Shown piece by piece: positions 1 to 8,962 of a DNA stretch of 64,000 bases. How positions within the stretch are numbered: the first letter of the stretch is position 1; each line of letters opens with the position of its first letter. The notes below the pieces were generated by a model. The model saw only the letters and a program-made list of their open reading frames with translations, did no database searches and was not told the origin of the DNA. Origin of the DNA: an uncultured Dehalococcoidia bacterium (GTDB taxonomy: Bacteria > Chloroflexota > Dehalococcoidia > Lucifugimonadales > CATOSD01); NCBI GenBank assembly GCA_951812395.1, contig CATOSD010000002.1, positions 546,442 to 610,441 on the forward strand, written 5' to 3'. Made by a program: the position numbers and the translations under genes.

Positions 1-173
1 AACACAGACGCGCTGCCGCAAACAGGCCGCGACCTCGCCAGGGCGAGGGAAATTTCGGCGCGTTTACATTATGGTTATCAGGCCGACCGCACCCGTGCGG
101 ACCTGGACGGCGCGGTTCGCTAAGGCGGCGTATCCAAGCGCGCCGGCAATTCAACCGATCACGTCGAGGGAAG

Positions 174-1970
174 GTGACCACAGCTGATGCGGTTTGTGAC
201 AGAGCTTGCCATACGCCGGCGGGTAGTCAGTGTGTCGCCGGTCGTACACATGCCGGTCAACGAGACCTTCTTCGGCCTTTTCTCCCGGGGCTTCAGAAGG
301 CCTGTCTCTATCGAAGCGAGTTGATTGGCTTGGGCAAGTTGCGTTCGATCTTCCAGGGCTTCGAGTACGATCTCCAGACATTCCGGGGAGACATCTTTGG
401 CGGCGCCACGTCCGCCGTGGTCGGGTTGCCCATAGCAATCGCCTTCGGGATCGCGTCCGGTCTAGGCGCTCTCGCAGGGCTTTACGGAGCGATCGCCGTC
501 GGGTTCTTCGCGGCGGTGTTCGGGGGCACGCGCTCGCAGATATCCGGCCCTACGGGGCCCATGTCAGTCGCCATGGCGGTAATCGTTACCGCTAACGCGG
601 ACGACCCTTCCAAGGCGTTCACGATAGTTTTGATGGCCGGTCTGATCCAGGTCCTTCTGGGCGTCCTAAAGGTCGGGCGGTTCGTGTCGTTCACGCCCTA
701 TTCGGTGATATCGGGGTTCATGTCGGGGATCGGCGTGATCATCATGGTCATGCAGACCCTGCCCTTTCTCGGCGCTCCCTTGGCCGCTGCCAGCCCTCTG
801 GCGGTTCTCGGAAAGTGGCCGGCGGCTCTTGCCAGCGTCAATTTCGGCGCGCTGTGTATTGCCGTCATCACGCTGGCGGTGGGCGTAGTCTGGCCGGCCA
901 GGCTGGGGAGGTACGTGCCCTCCACGCTGGTAGCGCTTGTCGTGGGCACACTGATAGGGGTCTTCTGGCTGACCGATTCGCCGGTAATCGGCGAGGTGCC
1001 GATCGGACTGCCGAGCATCGAGCTTCCCTACCTGTCTGTCGACACCCTCGTGAGCGCTGTGCAGCCGGCACTGGCCATTGCGTTGCTCGGTTCCATTGAC
1101 AGTCTCCTCACCTCGCTCGTGGCCGACACGATGACCCGCACGCGCCATAACCCCAACAGGGAGCTGATGGGTCAGGGAATCGCAAACATGGCGGCGGGGT
1201 TTCTCTGGGCGCTGCCGGGAGCCGGAGCCACCCTGGGTACCGTGGTCAACCTGAGGGCCGGCGGCCGCACGCAGGTCTCGGGCGTGGTGCGGGCCGGCAT
1301 ACTGCTCGCTCTCGTCCTGGGGCTGGGCAGATACGTCAAGACGATTCCGCTCGCCGTGCTCGCGGGCATACTGATGAAAGTCGGCTGGGACATAATCGAC
1401 TGGCGCTTCATCACGCGCATCCACCGCGTGCAGAGGGAGCACCTTGTGGTAATGGTGGCAACCCTGGGACTCACGGTGTTTGTGGATCTTGTCACCGCTG
1501 TGGCCATAGGCCTGATCTTCGCGGGGATGGCTAGCGCGCGCCAGTTCGAGCGGTTGGAGCTGGACAGCGTAATATCGGTGCCGCTGTTGGACAAGACATT
1601 CCTTCAGGATGGCGATGCGGACGGTGACGACTTCTCCGCCCGGGTGGGCCTGGTGGCGTTGAGGGGCAGTTTCACCGTCGCATCCTCCATTCGCCTGATA
1701 AACACCCTCAGCATCGACATACGAGACCACGAGGTCGTCATTCTCGACTTCTCCGAGACCGTGTACGTCGACGACAGCGCCGCTCTCGTCGTCGAGCAGA
1801 TGATAGATTCCGCAGTCGCTGAGAGTACATCATGCATAGTACTCGGACTCAGCGGTCAGCCTGAGGACAACCTCCATGCCCTGAATATTCTGCGGCGCAT
1901 ACCTGTAGACCAGTTTGCCGCGACGCTCGACGAGGCCAGAGAGATTTCGAGGCGGCTACTCCAGACGTAG
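174..1970 (+). CDS. SulP-family anion permease with C-terminal STAS domain
   Basis: 598-aa ORF with a GTG start just after GAGGGAAG. Multi-TM body carries the SulP-type block FGGTRSQISGPTGPMSV, followed by a soluble STAS-like C-terminal tail. Confidence 0.9.
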   Translation: MTTADAVCDRACHTPAGSQCVAGRTHAGQRDLLRPFLPGLQKACLYRSELIGLGKLRSIFQGFEYDLQTFRGDIFGGATSAVVGLPIAIAFGIASGLGALAGLYGAIAVGFFAAVFGGTRSQISGPTGPMSVAMAVIVTANADDPSKAFTIVLMAGLIQVLLGVLKVGRFVSFTPYSVISGFMSGIGVIIMVMQTLPFLGAPLAAASPLAVLGKWPAALASVNFGALCIAVITLAVGVVWPARLGRYVPSTLVALVVGTLIGVFWLTDSPVIGEVPIGLPSIELPYLSVDTLVSAVQPALAIALLGSIDSLLTSLVADTMTRTRHNPNRELMGQGIANMAAGFLWALPGAGATLGTVVNLRAGGRTQVSGVVRAGILLALVLGLGRYVKTIPLAVLAGILMKVGWDIIDWRFITRIHRVQREHLVVMVATLGLTVFVDLVTAVAIGLIFAGMASARQFERLELDSVISVPLLDKTFLQDGDADGDDFSARVGLVALRGSFTVASSIRLINTLSIDIRDHEVVILDFSETVYVDDSAALVVEQMIDSAVAESTSCIVLGLSGQPEDNLHALNILRRIPVDQFAATLDEAREISRRLLQT

Positions 1971-2059
1971 GCATCGGCGGGCGGCTCGAAGGGCATGTAC
2001 GCAGCGGAGAGGCGAATTCGGCTCCGGCTCTTTTTCCGATTTCGAGGCTAAGAACCAGC

Positions 2060-2088
2060 TTGACAACCGCATTTGACCGCCTTAACTT
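2060..2088 (+). promoter_or_regulatory. putative sigma70-type promoter upstream of the HEAT-repeat gene
   Basis: TTGACA (2060-2065), 17-nt spacer, TAACTT (2083-2088), about 145 nt before the ATG at 2233. Sequence match only. Confidence 0.3.
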
Positions 2089-2232
2089 CACGATAGAGGG
2101 CAGCACCTACTTGGCGCGTTGCCTGATCTATGACTCGAGGGACGGTCGGCATGAGCGTGCCGCCCTTCTCCAGACCGGCTTACTACTCGAGCGGGGTTCG
2201 GTCCCCAGGAGTGCCTCCCAAGGGGGCTTGTC

Positions 2233-3153
2233 ATGACCATTCAGAGTTGCTTCAGAGAGCTGGCCGACCAGTCGAAACCGCTGCGCCATTCAGGGCTGCT
2301 TCAGCTATCGGGCCTGACGTCGGACGAGATTGCCGAGTTCAAGGCGGAGTGGAGCGGAGTCGAAGTCGATCGCAGGCGCGAGATACTGGCCCGCATGATC
2401 GAGCTGAGCGAGGACAACCTGGAGTTCGACTTCATCTACGTGTTTCGCGCGTGCCTGGCGGACGCCGACGCTCGCATAAGAGAGCAAGCTACGCGCGGCC
2501 TGTGGGATTCTGACGACCGCGTGTGCATTCGCCCACTAATCGCGCTACTCCGCAAGGACCCCTCGCCAAGTGTGAAGGCAGCGGCCGCGGCATCGCTGAG
2601 CAAGTTCGCGGCGATGGCGCAGGATAACAAGCTAATGGCGCGCGACGGTGAACGCATTCTCTCGGCGCTGCTCGATGTGATTGGAGATAACTACGAGCAC
2701 CTTGAAGTGAGAAGGCGCGCCATCGAGGCCGTATCGCACTTCGACACTCCTGAGGTTGGTGAGATCATCAAGCGCGCCTACAATGACGGTGAGCCGAAGC
2801 TGAGGCAGAGCGCGGTCTACGCCATGGGCCGAAGCTCGAACAACCGTTGGCTTCCGTTTGTACTCCGCGATTCCCAAGACGACGACCCGGCAATTCGCTT
2901 CGAGGCGGCCAACGCCATAGGACAACTGGGCGACGAGACGAGTGTGCCCCACCTGATAATGCTGGTCAGGGACGATGACGACGAGGTGCAGCTTTCGGCG
3001 GTGCACGCGCTGGGCGCCATTGGGGGCGTGTTGGCCAAGCAGGCGCTGATCCAGTGCATAAAGCTGGGCGACGAGGCGATGGAAGAGGCGGCCAGGGCCT
3101 CTCTACACAGCATTGAGTTCGATGAGGACCCGCTGGGGTTCCGCTTTCAGTAG
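2233..3153 (+). CDS. HEAT / PBS-lyase-like repeat protein
   Basis: 306 aa with repeated helical units such as AIRFEAANAIGQLGDETSVPHLIMLVRDDDDEVQLSAVHALGAIGG, typical of HEAT_2 repeats. Confidence 0.8.
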   Translation: MTIQSCFRELADQSKPLRHSGLLQLSGLTSDEIAEFKAEWSGVEVDRRREILARMIELSEDNLEFDFIYVFRACLADADARIREQATRGLWDSDDRVCIRPLIALLRKDPSPSVKAAAAASLSKFAAMAQDNKLMARDGERILSALLDVIGDNYEHLEVRRRAIEAVSHFDTPEVGEIIKRAYNDGEPKLRQSAVYAMGRSSNNRWLPFVLRDSQDDDPAIRFEAANAIGQLGDETSVPHLIMLVRDDDDEVQLSAVHALGAIGGVLAKQALIQCIKLGDEAMEEAARASLHSIEFDEDPLGFRFQ

Positions 3154-3195
3154 TAAACAGCATACGCCCCACGGGTTTCCCCGAACAGCGTCCGC

Positions 3196-4179
3196 TCACT
3201 GCCCCGGTGCTCGCGCCCCCCTGTCGTAGGCGTCGAACGCCAGCGCGGCAGCCCCCAGCAGGCCGGCGTCGTCTCCCAGCTTCGACAGCACGACCGGTGC
3301 TCCCTGCTTGTATGGCACGATGGCGCGCTCTTCGATCGCGCGAATCGCCGATGGCATCATCAGGTCCATGCTTCCGAGTACGCCGCCGCCGAGCACCACT
3401 CGCTCGACGTCGAGCGAGTTGAGCAGGCTGAGAATGCCTACTCCCAGATGTGTGCCCGCGTCGCTCATGACCGACAGCGCAAGCTCATCGCCGGACCTGG
3501 CCGCTTCGGCGACCGCCGGGCCGGCGACGCTCTCCAGCTCGCCGCCCGAGAATTGCAGGATGGCGCTGCGCTCTCCGGACGCCAGCCGCTCCCTTGCAAT
3601 GCGTCCCAGCGCGTCGCCAGACGCCAGCGTCTCCAGGCAGCCCCGGTTGCCGCACAGGCAAGGGGGGCCGTTGTGGTCGATGGATATGTGGCCCACTTCA
3701 CCGGCAAATCCCCGCGCGCCGGTGTAGAGCCTCCCGTCAATCACGATGCCGCCCCCGATTCCGGTTCCCACGGTCATGAACAGCAAATGACGCATGCCTC
3801 TGCCGGCGCCGTACGCGTACTCGGCCAGGGCCGCCGCGGTGGCGTCGTTCGCGTGTGAGGAGACCAACCCCAGCCGTCGCTCGAATGTTGGCTTGGCCGA
3901 AAAGCCGTCCCACCCTGGCAGGTGGGGCGGGTTGTACATGGTGCCGTCTTCGGAGTTCGTTGGGCCGGCCTGCGCTACGCCGATGCCGGCAATCGACCCC
4001 CGGTTCACTGGAGCGGCGGCGCGCTCGAGCTCCCGCACGAAAAGTTCCAGCACGTGTTCCCGGCCGCGCCAAGCCTCGGCGCGCACCGAATTCCGGTGTA
4101 CGATGTTGCCGTCGCGGTCTACGAGCCCCACGCGTAGATGGGTTCCGCCGAGGTCCGACGCCAGGGCATAATGAGTCAT
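3196..4179 (-). CDS. ROK-family sugar kinase (glucokinase-like)
   Basis: N-terminal DLGGTHLRVGLV ATP-binding motif and the ROK zinc motif CLCGNRGCLETLASG. GAGGAT RBS before the ATG. Confidence 0.9.
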   Translation of the reverse strand: MTHYALASDLGGTHLRVGLVDRDGNIVHRNSVRAEAWRGREHVLELFVRELERAAAPVNRGSIAGIGVAQAGPTNSEDGTMYNPPHLPGWDGFSAKPTFERRLGLVSSHANDATAAALAEYAYGAGRGMRHLLFMTVGTGIGGGIVIDGRLYTGARGFAGEVGHISIDHNGPPCLCGNRGCLETLASGDALGRIARERLASGERSAILQFSGGELESVAGPAVAEAARSGDELALSVMSDAGTHLGVGILSLLNSLDVERVVLGGGVLGSMDLMMPSAIRAIEERAIVPYKQGAPVVLSKLGDDAGLLGAAALAFDAYDRGARAPGQ

Positions 4180-4318
4180 GGCTATCCTCGCGAAGCGGGG
4201 CGCTGGGCGCCCCTTTGGTGTGGAAACATATTATAGTGTCGTGAACGCGACGTGGGGCGTGCCATGCTGGAATTGGACGCGCTTTCCCACGCGGAACTGC
4301 GAGACTGAGGAGCGGACT

Positions 4319-5275
4319 GTGCGCGATAGGCTCGAACGCCTGACGACACGGATTCACGAGGGCGCGCAACTGACGGCTTGGCGGCGCATGGCCGGAGGCT
4401 CTTCGGGGCTTACGCTAGAAATGGAACTGTGCCTCGCTCACGGCGGAGCGGAGAGAGTGGTGGTGCGCCGGTACGGGGAGCGTGACCTGCGCCAGAATCC
4501 CCGCGTCGCGGAGTGCGAGTTCCGGTTGCTGGACATAGCGGTACGGCTGGGTCTGCCGGCGTGCAGGCCTGTGTTGCTGGGCGAGCCGGACGAAGACTGG
4601 CCCACACCCTTCGTGGTTATCGAGCGCGTGGACGGCGAGACCGAATTCGCGCCGGCCGACCTCCACGTCTACCTTCAACGGCTGGCGGACGCGCTCGCCG
4701 CCATCCACGGCGTGGACCCGCATGCGGCGGGGCTTGGCTTCCTGCCTTCGCTGGCCGATTCGATGGCCGGCACGCTGCGAGAGGTTTCCGCCGAAGCGGG
4801 CGACCCACTGTCCCAACGCCGAATCTCGGATGCGCTGGAGGCCGCGTGGCCCCTGCCCAGCCGCAACAGACCCGCGCTGCTACACGGCGACTTCTGGCCC
4901 GGCAACGTGTTGTGGAAGCAGGGCGAGGTGGCGGCCGTGATCGATTGGGAGGACGCGAAGATTGGGGATCCACTAGCCGATCTGGCGAACGCCAGGCTGG
5001 AGCTGTTTTGGGCTTTCGGCCGGGACGCGATGTCCGGCTTCACTCGCATGTACCTGGACGTTGCGCGGGTCGACGACACGGGGCTGCTATACTGGGACCT
5101 GTGCGCCGCGCTGGTCACCGCGTCCAACTTCGGCGCGATTGCTGAGGGATGGACGTCCGTGCCAGCGCCGGGCCGGGCGGAGGGCGAATCGGAGCTGCGA
5201 GAGAGGCTCCGGTGGTTCGTGGACGACGCGTTCGCGCGGCTCCAGTCCCCTCTCCCAAGACTGGGAGAGGGTTAG
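4319..5275 (+). CDS. aminoglycoside/choline-kinase-type phosphotransferase (APH family)
   Basis: Catalytic block LLHGDFWPGNVLW followed by VIDWEDAKIGDPLADLA. I prefer the GTG at 4319 (GAGGAG 7 nt upstream), because the track start at 4178 abuts the divergent ROK gene start. Confidence 0.8.
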   Translation: MRDRLERLTTRIHEGAQLTAWRRMAGGSSGLTLEMELCLAHGGAERVVVRRYGERDLRQNPRVAECEFRLLDIAVRLGLPACRPVLLGEPDEDWPTPFVVIERVDGETEFAPADLHVYLQRLADALAAIHGVDPHAAGLGFLPSLADSMAGTLREVSAEAGDPLSQRRISDALEAAWPLPSRNRPALLHGDFWPGNVLWKQGEVAAVIDWEDAKIGDPLADLANARLELFWAFGRDAMSGFTRMYLDVARVDDTGLLYWDLCAALVTASNFGAIAEGWTSVPAPGRAEGESELRERLRWFVDDAFARLQSPLPRLGEG

Positions 5276-5276
5276 G
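5247..5276 (-). repeat. REP-like hairpin variant (CCTCTCCC-aagact-GGGAGAGG-GTTAGG)
   Basis: 8-bp stem resembling the window-wide REP hairpin in reverse orientation. It encodes the last residues (SPLPRLGEG) and the stop of the phosphotransferase ORF and is the IS5 insertion site. Confidence 0.5.
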
Positions 5277-6064
5277 GATACTCTGAACAAGTCTGGTGTG
5301 TTGTGGCATAGTAAAATGCCATAAACAAAGCAGAGATGTCTGGAGTGAAGACACGATGGACCAGCCAACATTTGCCGACTTGGAGTAGGAGAGCAAGAAG
5401 CGCAAGACCCGGCGGGAGATATTCCTTGAGCGCATGGACGGTCTGATCCCGTGGAAGCAGCTCGTAGAACGCATCCGCCCGTTCTATCCCAAGGCAGGCC
5501 GGGGCCGGCTCCCGGACGAGACGACGATCCTGAACTTCCGCCATCTGCTGGAAGAGCACGATTTGGGACAGGTTCTGTTCGAGGAGATGAACCGTCACCT
5601 GGAGTCCCAGGGGCTGCGGCTTCGGGAGGGAACGATCGTGGACGCGAGCGTCATTGAGGCACCATCGTCGACGAAGAATCGTGCAGGTGAGCGAGACGCT
5701 GAGATGCGTCAAAGGAAGAAAGGGTATGAGTGGCGCTTCGGGATGAAGGTGCACATCGGTACGGACGCTGAGACGGGAGTAGTACATAGCGTAACAACGA
5801 CACCTCCGAACGTTCATGACGTGACGGAGGCTAACCGGCTGCTGCACGGTGGAGAGAATCGGGTGTAGGGCGATGCGTGGTATCAGGGAGTCGACAAGCG
5901 ATTGGAGAACCGTGAGTTGGATGTGGACTGGCAGGTAGCGCTGAGACCCGGGAGACGTCGGCAACTGGAGCGGGGAAGCTATGAGGCGCTAATGGAGAAG
6001 CGCAAGGCGTTGACCAGGGCGAAGGAGGAGCATCCATTCCTGTACGTGAAGCGCCACTTAGAAA

Positions 6065-6900
6065 CTATCTCAAAACAGTCAGACGCCACTGACGACGGAA
6101 CCACAGAAGCGTGCAAGCGAGTTGCAGTACTCCGAGGTAGTTCGACGCCTTCTTATCGTAGCGAACCAGAACCGCACGACACTTTGAGAGCCATGCCAGC
6201 GTCCGTTCCACAACCCACCGACGCGCCGGATACCGCTTCTGTCCAGAGCCGTCCAGCTTCTCCTCTCCGATGCGTCGGATGTGCTCCCGATAGCCGTGTC
6301 CGGCGGCAGCCCGACGCCCCGAAGGATTGTCATACCCTTTGTCCAGACACAGGTGTTGGGGTTCCTCCTCCCTGGGCTGCGGCCGCTTGACCACAATGGC
6401 GGAAAGGGTCGCCTCCAACAACTTGGCGTCATGGACGTTTGCTCCCGCAACCGCAATGCTCAAAGGGCCGCCCTCTCCATCCACAAGGAGACTCCGCTTG
6501 CTACCAGCCTTGCCACGGTCCGTCGGGTTGGGCCCAATCAGGTCCCCCCAAAACGTGCCTTGCCCATGGCGCCGTCCGCAGCCTGCCATTCCCAGTCCAC
6601 GCCGCCCAACTCTTCGCACCCCTCCACCAACGCTCCCCACATTCGGCGCAAGACACCCCGTTCCACCCACCTCTGAAAGGTGCGATGGATCGTGCTGTCG
6701 TCCCCAAGCTCTCTCGGCAATCGGTTCCATTGACACCCGCTGCGCATCCGGAAGATGATGCCGTTGAGCATCTGTCGAGGATTGGCGCGCTTGCGGCCCC
6801 TTGCCTTGGGTGGGTCTCGCTCCAGAATGATAGGCTCGATGCGTTCCCAAAGCTCGTCCGGTACTTCCCAGATGGTTCCTAACGTCTCCTGATTCCCCAT
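6065..6900 (-). CDS. IS5-family transposase OrfAB (orfA 6538-6900, orfB frame 6065-6850) via a putative -1 frameshift
   Basis: orfA starts at the ATG at 6900 after GGGAGGAA (MGNQETLGTIWEVPDELWERIEP..). The orfB frame carries the DDE region (..NPTDRGKAGSKRSLLVDGEGGPL.., LDKGYD, RWVVERTLAWL). Confidence 0.8.
6544..6553 (-). promoter_or_regulatory. putative -1 programmed frameshift site (TTTTGGGGGG on the coding strand)
   Basis: T4G6 run exactly where orfA (..KARFGGT*) and orfB (..GDLIGPNPTDRGK) overlap. A -1 slip would give the contiguous ..KARFGGDLIGPNPTDRGK. Confidence 0.55.
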
Positions 6901-7366
6901 ACGATTCCTCCCGACGCTTTTGGAGAAACTATATGAATCAGACCAGAAACCAGCCAATGTATTTGTGGGTCAGGATTCTGAGATAGTTTCTTAGGATACG
7001 CCAAGGTGCGTTACCGATGGTTGGGAAAGAACACGCAACGACTGACATTGCTACTGGGGATGACGAACTTGATAGGGGCGGAGCGGTACTTGGCAGCCTG
7101 ACAAGGGCGAAGTGCGCTCAAGCTGGACAAACGAACGCAGATACGCCTTAGCAGAGCCGTTTCAGGACCACAATACCTCTATCGGCACACTGCAGGAGGA
7201 AGAAACACCCCGGACAGCCCACCTACTGTCCATCACATACGAGATGCTCTCAGTTGTTCAGAGGTTCCTTAGAGTCGACGGCGCGCGGCTGCGGCTTCCT
7301 GAGGTCCAGAGGCACACCGACCGCTTTCGGGTTACGGAGTGTCGGCAATCGAAAGGAGCAATGTAG

Positions 7367-8959
7367 ATGAACTTCAGTTCGCGGCGGTCGAACCTCGTGG
7401 CGCGCAACGGCATGGTGTCCACGACCCAGCCGCTGGCCGCGATGGCCGGCACACGGATGATGTTGCAGGGCGGCAACGCGGTGGACGCGGCAGTCGCGGC
7501 GGCGGCGACGTTGAACGTGGTCGAGCCGCATTCGACAGGCGTCGGGGGCGACGCATTCGCGCTCGTGTGGCTGGCAGGCGAGAAGCGCGTGCTCGCGCTG
7601 AACGCGAGCGGGCGCGCGCCGGAGGCCGCTTCCCGTGACGAGCTGCTGGCGAAGGGCATGGTAGGTATTGCGCCGACCAGTGCTTATTCCGTCACCACGC
7701 CAGGTGGCGTCGGCGGCTGGGAGGCGATTCTGGAGCGCTGCGGCACGATGACGCTTTCAGAGGTGCTTGCGCCGGCCATCGAATACGCGGAGCGGGGATA
7801 TCCGGTGTCTGAGGTCACAAGCGGCCACTGGGGCGCGAACGTTCCCAAGTTGCGCCAGCACCCGTCAGGAGCCGAACTGCTGCTGGAGGGGCGCGCGCCC
7901 GGGCCGGGCGAGGTGGTGCGCCTGCCCGAGCTTGCCGGCACGCTGCGCGCGATCGCTGAGGGCGGCGCTGAGGCTTACTACAAGGGGCCGCTCGCGGACC
8001 GTATCGCTGATCACGTGCAGAAGATGGGAGGGTGGCTCACGTCGAGCGACATGGCGGCGCAGCGGCCGGAGTGGGTGGAGCCGGTAAGCGTGGACTACCG
8101 CGGGGTGAAGTGCTGGGAGTGCCCGCCGAACAGCCAGGGAGTGAACGCGCTGATGGCGCTCAACGTGGTGGAGGGGTTTGACCTGGAGGCGATGGGCTAC
8201 CAGTCTGCGGATGCCTACCATCACATGATCGAGTCCATGCGGCTGGCGTTCGCGGACGGGCTTCACTACGTGGGGGACCCATCGGTCGTCGACGTGCCGG
8301 TGGACCGAATGCTGTCGAAGGAGTACGCGGAGGAGCGCAGGGGGCTGATCTCGGCAGAGCGTTCGATGGGGTTGGCGCCCGCGGGGGCGGACGCCGTCCA
8401 CTCCGACACGGTGTACGTGGCGGCCGCCGACGGCGAGGGCAATGCCTGCTCGTTCATCAACAGCGTGTTCCAGGGCTTCGGATCGGGGATCGTGGTGCCG
8501 GGGACGGGCATCGCGCTGCACAACCGCGGCGCGTCGTTCTCGCTGGACGCGGACCACGTGAACTCGCTTGAACCGGGCAAGCGTCCGTTCCACACGCTGA
8601 TTCCAGGAATGGCGACGAGAGAAGACGAGCTGTGGCTGTGCTTTGGTGTGATGGGGGCGATGCAGCAGGCGCAGGGGCACCTGCAGACGCTTGTGAACAT
8701 GGTGGACTTCAGGTTGGACCCTCAGGCCGCGCTGGACGCGCCGCGGTTCAGCGTCCAGCTTGGGCAGGGGGTGGCCGTCGAGAGCATCGCGCCCGCGGAC
8801 GCCATCCGGGGGCTTGCGTCCCGCGGCCACCGCGTGTTTGTCCAGCAGCCCCACGGCCTTCTGTTCGGCAGTGGACAGGTCATCGAGCGCGACCCCGAGA
8901 CGGGCGTGCTGCGCGGAGGAAGCGAGCCGCGGGCGGATGGCTTCGCCGTGGGCTGGTAG
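7367..8959 (+). CDS. ggt: gamma-glutamyltransferase
   Basis: 530 aa with the GGT-family pattern, including the autoprocessing/nucleophile region HSDTVYVAAADGEGNACSFINSVFQGFGSGIVVPGTGIALHNRG. AAGGAG RBS. Confidence 0.9.
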   Translation: MNFSSRRSNLVARNGMVSTTQPLAAMAGTRMMLQGGNAVDAAVAAAATLNVVEPHSTGVGGDAFALVWLAGEKRVLALNASGRAPEAASRDELLAKGMVGIAPTSAYSVTTPGGVGGWEAILERCGTMTLSEVLAPAIEYAERGYPVSEVTSGHWGANVPKLRQHPSGAELLLEGRAPGPGEVVRLPELAGTLRAIAEGGAEAYYKGPLADRIADHVQKMGGWLTSSDMAAQRPEWVEPVSVDYRGVKCWECPPNSQGVNALMALNVVEGFDLEAMGYQSADAYHHMIESMRLAFADGLHYVGDPSVVDVPVDRMLSKEYAEERRGLISAERSMGLAPAGADAVHSDTVYVAAADGEGNACSFINSVFQGFGSGIVVPGTGIALHNRGASFSLDADHVNSLEPGKRPFHTLIPGMATREDELWLCFGVMGAMQQAQGHLQTLVNMVDFRLDPQAALDAPRFSVQLGQGVAVESIAPADAIRGLASRGHRVFVQQPHGLLFGSGQVIERDPETGVLRGGSEPRADGFAVGW

Positions 8960-8962
8960 GGG

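Larger units (their letters stand above)
6061..6990 (-). mobile_element. nested IS5-family element (IS1031/IS427-like subgroup), apparently intact
   Basis: 930 bp with terminal inverted repeats GAAACTATCTCA / TGAGATAGTTTC. 3-bp duplication TTA (6058-6060 and 6991-6993). Conceptual excision restores the outer transposase frame (..KRHLGYAKVRYRG..). Confidence 0.85.
5356..7101 (+). pseudogene. IS5-family DDE transposase, inactivated
   Basis: Single reading frame similar to E. coli IS5 InsH (FADLE.., PWKQLVERIRPFYPKAG, VIEAPSSTKN, ..GYAKVRYRGLGKN). Disrupted by two in-frame TAG codons (about 5386 and 5866), an internal deletion of about 45 aa and a 933-bp insertion at 6058-6990. Confidence 0.85.
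5276..7268 (+). mobile_element. IS5-family insertion sequence (IS5 subgroup), degenerate, carrying a nested IS
   Basis: Terminal inverted repeats GGATACTCTGAACAA (5276-) and TTGTTCAGAGGTTCC (-7268), matching at 13 of 15 positions. 4-bp direct duplication TTAG at 5272-5275 and 7269-7272. Confidence 0.8.

Noticed and set aside
1-123. Possible 3' end of a plus-strand gene entering the window (frame 1 is open to the TAA at 121-123, ending ..RADLDGAVR*).
   Set aside because: Only 40 codons are visible, with no recognisable motif and only moderate third-position GC. That is not enough to support a feature.
666-1730. 354-aa antisense ORF inside the SulP gene. Similar long shadow ORFs lie at 7865-8854, 9149-10045, 9531-10541, 11379-12308, 14039-15424, 22176-23090, 35081-36058, 45313-46197, 46608-47729, 52880-53734 and 57741-58487.
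   Set aside because: They are Arg/Pro/His/Gly-rich with low-complexity composition and no RBS. Each lies opposite a gene with a clear family assignment, as expected for stop-poor frames in high-GC DNA.
2090-2232. Possible riboswitch or structured leader upstream of the HEAT-repeat gene (repeated actcgagg...actcgagcgg words).
   Set aside because: I could not match it to any riboswitch consensus I know. The pairing potential is modest, so it is left as an unexplained leader only.
5386-5868. Two in-frame TAG codons in the outer IS5 transposase, as possible stop-codon recoding (amber readthrough or pyrrolysine).
   Set aside because: The same gene also has an internal deletion of about 45 aa, a substitution in the conserved DAGYQG region and a nested IS. 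Ordinary pseudogene decay explains the stops.
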